From positions 50,191,849 through 50,236,588 of the forward strand of contig NC_057728.1 of assembly GCF_004010195.1 (NCBI RefSeq): 44,740 nucleotides of DNA, given 5' to 3'. Position 1 is the first letter of the stretch. Each line of letters begins with the position of its first letter. Under the pieces are notes generated by a model. The model was not told where the DNA came from. It ran no database searches and was given only the letters and a program-made list of their open reading frames with translations. The translations under genes and the position numbers were made by a program. Origin of the DNA: Chiloscyllium plagiosum (lineage: Eukaryota). This document shows positions 35,753 to 44,740 of this stretch, in pieces.

Positions 35753-37034
35753 CCTACACTGATACCATCAACAATGAACACACTACGATTCAGTGACGAG
35801 AGACACTCATGATCGCTGCTGTGAGAGGTACAATGTAAATATGGACCCTGCCTGTCAAGTGTTGAGGAGCAATTTTACAAGTTTGTGCATTTGCCAAATA
35901 GTTTTTCTCAGCCAGACCTCAGATCAAGGAGGAATCTGTGGGCAACTGACTCAAATTATATCTTAATGAAAGACATTATTCTACAATATTATCATAATTG
36001 ACAAATTCCATGATTGGATTCTTGTTGGTAACCAGCCACAACCCCCAAGATGTTCAAACAACAACTTGCATTTGTATAGCACCATTAATACAGGAACTCA
36101 TATTAAGGTTCTTCGTAAGAGTGTTATTAATTAATATTTGGTCCCATACCAAAGATCAGTAATTGGTGATAAATACCTAGAACAAAAGGATATACTGTAA
36201 AGATTATCCTAGTGGAGGAGAGGTTGTGTGTGTGGGATTCCAGAGTTTCAGGGCTCCAGCAGTTGTGAAACGGATCAGGATTGGAGGAGAACAAAGATTG
36301 TGGAGGGTTGCAGAGCATCAGGGACAATTAGGTTTACATGGCAGCTTTCCAATCTTAGCGAAGGTGGGCCCAGTGGCAAGGAGATGGCAGCTAAAGTGGT
36401 GAGCCCTCTATGCTGGTGGGTTCAGTACAGGTGGAGACGTCTGCCTTCAGGCTCGGTGCCATCATGGGCTGGATCAGATTGACCGAAATTCTGAACATTT
36501 TACTTCCTTATTTTACTCATTTATTCATACGGTCTATAATGCTGGACTATTTATTTCTTTACTTTCACTTTTTTTTGTTGTTTCCTAAGAATTTGATCTT
36601 AAATATCTGTACCTAGGTTCCTTTGTACCTAAGATGGTGCTGTAATGCAGCAATTGTGAACGCATTTAAGTACGCATGACAATAAAGCTCATTCAATCTT
36701 AGGGCATCCACTTTAAAGCCAATGGAGCTGTTTCTGAAGATGTCATCACTCTTTGTGATATGAGATAACAGGAACAGGAACAGGAAAGACTTTTCGCTGA
36801 ATGTTTCTGGGACACAATGACATCAAACAGCAGCAAGGAAGAGGGGATAGATCCCAGTGGAACTGTGACGCTGGTGAGTGACAAGAAACAAGGAAATTGA
36901 GAAAGCAGGGTCATCCATATTGTCCCATAAGGACTTCTGGCAATTGGTAGTTCCTCAGACTCCCAGGAGTCCATGTGCATAAGTCACAACATGTTGCATT
37001 CACATTCAATGGGTGATAAGAAAGACAAATGGAA

Positions 37035-37340
37035 GGGTGGCCTTTATTTCAAAGGGAAAGGAATTTAAAGTTGGGGAAAGCTTTCCAAACTAGTATAAAG
37101 CACTAGTCAGACTCTGTCTAGAATACTGAGAGCAGTTTTTGTCCCCTTATTTAAGGAAAGATATCTTACCATTAGAAGCAATCCAGAGAAGATTCATTAG
37201 GTCGATCCAGGCACGGAGGGGTTTTCTTATGAGGAGAGGTTGGGTAGGATAGGTCAGTACTCATTGGAATTTAGAAGAACAAGAGGCAACCTTGTTGAAA
37301 CATATAAGATTCGTCAAGGCTTGACGGACAAATGTGGAGA
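37035..37340 (+). mobile_element. Old internal CR1 fragment
   Basis: ggcctttatttcaaaggg...ctagaatactgagagcagtttt...ccttatttaaggaaagatat...tcttatgaggagaggttg. Confidence 0.75.
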
Positions 37341-39353
37341 AGTTGTCTTCAGGACTCCACTTTGAGAAAAAAAAAGACAAAAGTTCATGAGGGGCAACAG
37401 ACCCTCTGGGTTTTACTGCTTTTGTTTGGATAACGTTTGTTTCTTAGTTTGATGAATATTGGAGATTTTGGGGAAGGGATATTTGACTAACTAGTCAAGA
37501 ATCACCAGCTGAGTAACAAGAGGTCGGCTCCCTTTCCAATGACTGTGAGAGGGCAGAGCATCACAAAGATGCACAGGTTGGGTGGCCAATGGTGGGAAGG
37601 TGGGGGAGGTGAAAACGTTCAGGAAAGATGGCCAAGCAGGATTGTCCAATCTTCTCCCTGCTTGGTGAAACGTCAAGAGCAGGGAACCCAAATTGGGAAA
37701 GTAGTCCTCACTATGAACAGCAACTAATGGGGATGGAGTTTGGGTTGTTTCCTCACCAAGATTCAAACACACATTGACTCACCTCTTCAGGAGTAGATGA
37801 TTTACTAGGCTGAAATCACAGCAGAAACATTCTAAACAGGGAAAGGCCAAAAAGAGCCACACTGACAAGTCAAATTCCCCAAAGGAATCTGAAGACAAGT
37901 GGTTAAACTTTGGTCTGCCCAAGATCTTGCATTAGCACATGCACAAGTATGGATGGAAAGAGAAGCTTTTCATCTTCCAGTCATCAGGACAAATGCAAAA
38001 CTGCCAGCACTCTGGTCATTCGAGGGAGGCACAAGGCTTAAACACATTCCTTTTTTTAGTCTTCAGTTGAAAATGGCAGAGAGTAAAGAAGGATGAGAAA
38101 ATTGGGGTCAGCCTTGGAAATTTGCACACAGCAAGGATTATAGCTAAAACTCTGATGTTATTCAGTGTGTAATTCATTAAATGGAAAGCCACTTCAATGA
38201 TAAATTAGATCAAATATCAATCATAAATGTACCAATCCCATTGTGACTGGTGGACATGGATTATTTAACCAACAGAAATAACAACATAATGATTTAATTT
38301 TAATTTAAGCTGTTTTATTTTTGATTGGTTTTCATGTTAGAATTATTGTATTAGCGATTGTCAGATGATGAGTCTCTTGCACATTTATTTTTCTGGTTAG
38401 AGACACAGTGTCCACTACTGTATAGTGCTGTGATTGGTATTGGACCAGTGGCAATGCCTTCCATTGTAAAGAAAAGTTTGTTGTATAGAATGGCAGGGTT
38501 TTGCAGGGCAGAAACAAACCATTCAGCCAACAGGTCCAGGGCAGCATTTTGAACTGTAGGAATGTCCCTATCTTGTACTCATCTCAACTCCATGAACAAA
38601 TAGACCAAACATTACTTCTGAATCACATGAGAGCTCTTTGTACTATTCCAGGCTATACTTAAAAAAGTAGGTACACATTATGGCTAGCTACATATATTTA
38701 GCACTTCTATTACTTTTTCCTTCAAGTGTTTATCTCTCTTTTTGAATACATCTAAACTACTCAGTACATTTTTGAATACCAGCTCATTGTATCTTTGAGG
38801 TCTTGTCCTACCAGAACTGCATGGAATGCCTTGGGTGGATTAACTACCACCAATCCATCTTCGAGGTATTTGTCTAAGCACTGATGCAAAGTGGGGAAGG
38901 ATGGCCACACAAATGGTTCTGCAGAGGTGAGTAGAATAGGTTTATTACGTAGTACTGAATAGCGAGTTACTTCTAACTTATCCCAGAATTCTTTGTAAGC
39001 TCTCAGGCTATCCTTAAGAGTAAGTATATGTTACTGCTAACTACATAGACTTAGCACTTAACTGGAACCAAACTAGAACTGTCTAGCTCCTCCCAGGAAT
39101 AGCTCTTTATGTTCTGACAGTCAGAGATTATCTTGTGCCTGCCAGTTAACTCTTTCAGATACTAACTTCCTTATTTCTTATGGTAGCAAGTTTCACATTC
39201 TCAGCACTCTCTAAATAAAGTAGTTTCTCCTGAATTCCCAATTGGATTTCTCAGTGATTATCTGATCATTATGGTCTGCAGTTCTGATATCCTCCACATG
39301 TGTAAGCACCTTCTGTCTATCTACCCTGACAAACCATTTTGTAACCTGGGAGT

Positions 39354-39588
39354 TGAAATAATCCACAGAGGTTGATATTCCATCCCCGAGTCACCCTTTA
39401 TTTACACATGGAAAGTCCTTGACACTGATCCAACTCCCTCAGAGCCAGATCTCTGCGTGAACAGAACCTCTGACACTCCTGTTTATATCTGTCAGCCAGG
39501 GCTCCTTGATTGGACCAGGTTAACAGCCCCAATCAGGGAACTCATATTATCTGAGGTCCACCTGGTTAACCTCGTTACAATCATTACG
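39354..39588 (-). mobile_element. Short solo-LTR-like element inserted in an old minus-strand CR1
   Basis: Reverse-complement homologue of 8409-8641 (tgtcagccagggctcc, ttaacagccccaat, caccctttatttaca). Confidence 0.65.
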
Positions 39589-39774
39589 GAGATTATACCC
39601 TTGGTCTTTGATTTAAAAGTGTCCCAGTCTGACCAGACTTTCGGAACTGGCTCATCCTGTTACCATCCTCATCAATCCTTTTGCACATTCTCTAACACTT
39701 CAGTGTCCTTGTTATACAATAAAGAATGGAATTCTGCTCCAATTTACTGAACGTCTCACGCTGCAAGGATAGAT

Positions 39775-40100
39775 GTTGATGTAGTGTTATTATACTAAAC
39801 TATTAATTCAGAGACCTAGGTAATGTTCTGGGGACCTGTGTTCAAATCCTGGAGTGGTAGATGGTGGAATTGAATTCAATATAAATCTGGAAATTAGAGT
39901 TTAATGATGACCATGAAACCATTACTGATTGTCAGGAGAAACCCATCTGACAAACTAATGCTATTTATCCTGCTTGTCTAGCCTACACGTGACTCTAGAC
40001 CCACACCTATGTGCTTGATCCTTAACTGCCTCTGGGCAATTAGGGATGGGCAATAAATGGCGGTCCACACAGTGATGCCCTCATCCATGAAAGAATAAAA
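39775..40100 (+). mobile_element. Old tRNA-derived SINE (second family)
   Basis: gggacctgtgttcaaatcc...gatgaccatgaaacc...gggcaattagggatgggcaataaatg. Confidence 0.6.
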
Positions 40101-41147
40101 TTTGAAAATGGATATCATCAAATGAGCATTACAGAAACTGCATCAGCCATTACATCTAATCATCATACATGGCAGGATTGAAATGGCTTGAAATCAGTCT
40201 TTATACTCTTACTCAGTACTTGATCCTTATTGCCTTTATTTTACCAGTCCGTTGCATAATACTCGAATAATATAAATGCTGTAATTTTTGAATGTCAAGT
40301 TACCCAATTTGACCCAAACTAATGTTAATCATACTCTTTGAAATCTGAATGCTGAATGGTGCTTTCTGGGGTTTAGTGTTGATTAATAATAGCTCCTAAA
40401 CTGACAATGTATTTGTTATGATTCAACATGTGTCATCACTAAAGGCTCCAGATTGGATTAAAACAGAATAATGACTCCTTTACTCATAACAATTCATACA
40501 GATTCAGTCCAGGGACAGGTAGCATGATTGAAACAAGAGCAAAGAACCAGAAATAATTTCAAAATGAAGAAACACTGAATAAAGAACTGGAAAATCCGGC
40601 ACCTTGGTTTCTCACAGAATACCTCAAGTGGTTTTGCACATTCTGGACAAAAACAGATGAAGGTCATACTTTACGTTCGAGAAATCAGCAGGCCAAAATG
40701 ATGACGATGGAAGGAACCTTCCTTTTTGTAGCACCTTTCGCAACCACATGTGACAGGAATCCCCTAGCTTTTTCTCATGATGAAATCTGAAAGTCTGATA
40801 AACTATGAAGAGAAAACGACCAGACTTGTAATTATGCTATATCGTCTTTCACAACTATGGGAAAACGCTTTCCAGACAATCAAATTCTTTTTGAAGTGGA
40901 ATTCTGGTTGCAATGCAGGAAAAACTGTGACTAATTTGCACATAGAAAGATCCCAGAATGTATATTATGATAATGACTGGATAATTTGGTTACACTTCAT
41001 GAAAAGTGGCAGGAACCTCCTGCTTTATCTCACAATTGCACCCTTTCACATCCAACTCAGAGGACAGATTCATCAATTTATCTGGTTCAGCTCAGAGACA
41101 GCACCTTGAACAGTGTAGCACTAACCCCTGCACCAGGGGCATAGCCA

Positions 41148-41575
41148 AAGAGTCAAAGAGTCATACCACATAGAAACAGGCTCTTTGGCCTAACTTGTCC
41201 ATGCTGACCAGGATTCCCAAATCAAATCAATCCCATTTGCCTGCATTTAGCCCAGATCCCTCTAACCTTTTTTCTATTCATGTATGTGTCCAAATATGGT
41301 TTAAATGATATAATTGTACTTGCCACCACTACTTCCTCTGGCAGCTATTTCCATATCTGCATCACCCTCTGTGTGAAAAAGTTGCCCTTCAGGTCCCTAG
41401 TAGATCTTTCCCCTCTCATCTTAAACCTATGCTGTCTAGTTTTGGTCTCCCCTACCCTGGGGAAAAAACCTTGTCTATTCAGCTTATCTACACCTTTCAT
41501 GATTTAATAAATCTCTAAGAGCTCCCTTCAGCCTCTTATGCTGCAGGGAAAATGTCCCAGCCTATCCAGCCTCAG
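41148..41575 (-). mobile_element. CR1 3' end
   Basis: agagtcaaagagtcatacca tail; caccctctgtgtgaaaaagttgccc. Confidence 0.88.
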
Positions 41576-42064
41576 TAACAGCCTTGTATAGGGTCATTAC
41601 AATGGGACTAGAACCCACAACCTTCTCAGAGACCAGTGGGATACTCATTGAACAATAGCGGACTGTGTAACTGTATGAACCATTGACCCTCAGTGAAACA
41701 GGGCAAACACATCAAACCCTTGAGCAAAAAACAATGTGTCTTTGTGCTGCATAATGGGGCCATTGAGGCAAAGATTAGCATATTGAAAGAATAATTGGAA
41801 AGGGGTAATAAAAATAGACACATGGAAAAGTAAGAGAACTGGTATTAAAACAGAGAGCTCCAATTGAAGAGCTGGCATTGACCACAGGATTGATGAACTG
41901 AAAAGTATTTTATTTGGTGTACTTTCTGTAACCCCAGCTGGATTGTGACTCCCACAAGTATCAAAGAAGGGCCAAGTGCAACTTAACACGACTTCCCAAA
42001 CAAATCAATCTCTTCATTTGTGATCATCTCATGATGTCACCTGACAGTCTTCCCAGTGGACATT

Positions 42065-42295
42065 GCGAAAGGTTGGTTAGCTCAGTTGACTAGATGGTTG
42101 GTTTAAAATACAGAGCAACACCAACAGCACGGGTTCATTCTCCACACCAGCTGAGGTAACCATGAGGACTTTCCTGCTCAACCTCTCTCCTTACCTGGAA
42201 GATGCCAAACCCCAGGTTAACCCACTACCAGCTTTCTCTCTCTAATGAGAGAGTAGCCCTGTGCTCTGGCAAGACTATGGCAACTTTACATTTTT
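42065..42295 (+). mobile_element. tRNA-derived SINE (third family)
   Basis: ggttagctcagttg A box and gggttcattctc B box followed by a non-tRNA body. Confidence 0.55.
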
Positions 42296-42534
42296 ATTGC
42301 TAAGAATAAAACAGACAATTTATTATCTTATAGTATAGTCAATCACTGGAACATTCAGACCATTTCAGAACACACTGGGAGTTGGTGCAGGCCCAGATTT
42401 GTCATAACCCAAATAAAGAGGCAGTTTCGAATGCTCTCTACAGAGCTGACATGATGTCAAACTCAGAGTCTAATTGATTCCAAACAGACAGACCAACCAA
42501 AGCAACTTGCATTTAGATGGTGACTTGAACATAG

Positions 42535-42688
42535 ACACTCCATCCACAAGGCTACCAGCCTCATTCATGATGAAGAGCTTTTGCTGAAACTTCAATTTTC
42601 CTCCTTCTCTGATGCTGCCTGACCTGCTGTGCTTTTGCAGCACCACACTCTTAACTCTGATCTACAGCACCTGCAGTACTCACTTTCG
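42535..42688 (+). mobile_element. Truncated pLTR family A with decayed HHR
   Basis: atgatgaagagcttttgctgaaacttc...gatgctgcctgacctgctgtgctttt...ctgcagtactcactttc. Confidence 0.75.
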
Positions 42689-43220
42689 CATAGTAAAACT
42701 GTGTCAAGTTGAACCATGTCGCTGTTTCAAAAATTAAGGGGTCAATCATTTAGAAATTAGGTGAAATCATTTCGCCTTTGAGTGAGATTTTTGGCGATAG
42801 TTTCTTGTTAAGTAAGAAGGTGATACGTCATCTGGAGTAGTGGGGAATACAGATTTACAGATTTCAGTTACAATCGATTAGTCATGACCTTATTGAGTGC
42901 TGGAAGAGGAGTGAGAGACTAAATGAGCTATCCCTATTTCTTATTTCCATGTTCATATGTTAAACATCTCAACATTACAGGAGCGTTATCAAATAAAGAC
43001 TTTGAGTTTTAACCACAAAAGGAAATGTTTGGAAAGGTTTAAAGGATGAGAGAGATCTGAAGTTTCAAGGAGGTATTTGTAGAACTTAGGGTTTTGGTAT
43101 AAGTGCCAGTGATGGGCCAAAGAAATGTAGGAAGCTTAAGAAGCCAGAATTGGCAGAATGGAGAGATCTCAGAAGGTTGTGCGCTGGCAGAGATTGCACA
43201 GCTAGGCAGGAGGTGAATGG

Positions 43221-43927
43221 GAGAAAGTGAGGACTGCAGATGCTGGAGAGTCAGAGTTGAGAAGCATGCCACTGCACCCACACCTCCTCCCCTCACTACC
43301 ATCCAAGGCCCAAAAGGATGTTTTCACGTTCAGCAGAGATTTTCCTGCACAATCACCCACATCATCGCGTGTGTCCGTTGCTCTCAAAGTGATCTCCTTA
43401 CATTGGGGAGACAGGACTCCAACTCGCGGAGCATTTCAGGGAACGCACCAAACAATCCCACTGCCCTGTGACCGACCACTTCAACTCCCCCCTCCCACTC
43501 CACCAAGGACGTGCAAGTCCTGGGCCTCCTCCACTGCCAGATTCTAGCCACCCCAACGGCTGGCCTCACCTCATCTTCTGCCTTGGAACCCTTTAACCAC
43601 ACGGCATCAACATCAACTTCACTAGATTCCAAATCTCCCCCTCCACGCCACCTCATCCCAGATCCAACTCGGCACTGCCCTCTTGACCTGTCCTACCTGT
43701 CCATCTTCCTTCCCACCAATCCGCTCCACCCTCTCCACCGACCTATCACAATCTTCCCCACATGCGTCCACCTATTGTCTTCCCAGCCACCTGCCCCCAG
43801 TCCCAGCTCCTCCTTCCTGTTTATCTCTCAGCCCCCTTCCCCTACCTCCACATTCCTGATGAAGGACTTTTGCCCCAAAACGTCGACTCACTTGCTCTCC
43901 GGATGCTGCCTGATGTGCTGTGTTTTG
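43221..43927 (+). mobile_element. Penelope-like element remnant: inverted 5' tail, GIY-YIG domain, UTR, HHR pLTR
   Basis: IQGPKGCFHVQQRFSCTITHIIACVRCSQSDLL, then frameshifted YIGETGLQLAEHFRE (43399-43443); cctgatgaaggacttttgccccaaaacgtc at 43855-43884; inverted pLTR tail at ~43221-43265. Confidence 0.9.
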
Positions 43928-44232
43928 ACTTGGAAGGGGGTGAAGCCAAGGAGGGATTTGAATGTGGGGATGAGAGTTCTAGACAGAGACATTGTAGGAC
44001 TGGGAGTCAATGTGAGTTAGCAAACACAGGAGTGGAGTGAGCAGGAATTGGTGCGAGTTTTTTAAAAAATTTGTTCTTGGAATGTGGACATCACTGATTG
44101 GGCCAGCATTTATTGTGTGTTCCTCATCCCCCCCTTGATCTGAGTAGATTGCTGGGACCATTTCAGAGGGTAGTTAGAAATCAACCATATTGCTATGAGT
44201 ATAGAATACACACATAGGCCAGATGAGATAGT

Positions 44233-44740
44233 GTCATAGTCATAGAGTCATAGAGATGTACAGAATGGAAACAGACCCTTCGGTCCAACCCGGCCATGCT
44301 GACCAGATATCCCAACCCAATCTAGTCCCACCTGCCAGAACCCGGCCCATATCCCTCCAAACACTTCCCATTCATATACCCATCCAAATGCCTTTTAAAT
44401 GTTGCAATTGTAGCAGCCTCCACCACATCGTCTAGCAGCTCATTCCATACACGTACCACCCTCTGCGTGAAAAAGTTGCCCCTTAGGTCTCTTTTATATC
44501 TTTCCCTTCTCACCCTAAACCTATGCCCTCTAGTTCTGGACTGCCCCACCCCAGGGAAAAGACTTTGTCTATTTATCGTATCCATGCCCCTCATAATTTT
44601 GTAAACCTCTATAAGGTCACCCCTCAGCCTCTGATGCTCCAGGGAAAACAGCCCCAGCCTGTTCAGCTTCTCCCTGTAGCTCAGACCCTCCAAAACTGGC
44701 AACATCCTTGGAAATCTTTTCTGAACCCTTTCAAGTTTCA
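44233..44740 (-). mobile_element. Young CR1 3' end, cut by the window end
   Basis: ORF 44322..44705 is the CR1 ORF2 C-terminus; near reverse complement of 1-502. Confidence 0.95.

Noticed and set aside
36710..36880. Exon-like stretch ending in CTG|GTGAGT
   Set aside because: In-frame stops upstream, no convincing acceptor and no recognisable protein.

Overview
Eukaryotic, repeat-rich vertebrate DNA, very probably from an elasmobranch (shark). The organism call is inferred from HE1-type SINEs, HER1/CR1 LINE 3' ends and Deu-domain SINEs. Most ORF-track entries are fragments or antisense frames of these repeats. Much of the window is nested retroelement debris: many CR1 3' ends, tRNA-derived SINEs, RTE and Gypsy remnants, two short solo-LTR-like copies and several Penelope-like (GIY-YIG) families. 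The most notable signal is a dense set of minimal hammerhead-ribozyme (HHR) cores (CTGAnGA-stem II-GAAA-palindromic helix III) from about four sequence families. Several sit in ~210-240 bp non-coding, near-palindromic, TSD-flanked insertions, and one relative is a 19-bp micro-insertion between 17-bp TSDs. No recognisable host protein gene was found. A repeat-free island at ~6.2-7.7 kb has the signals of a compact two-exon gene (93 aa, unidentified). Both window ends lie at the same position in inverted CR1 copies. Boundaries were read by eye and are approximate unless a TSD is quoted.
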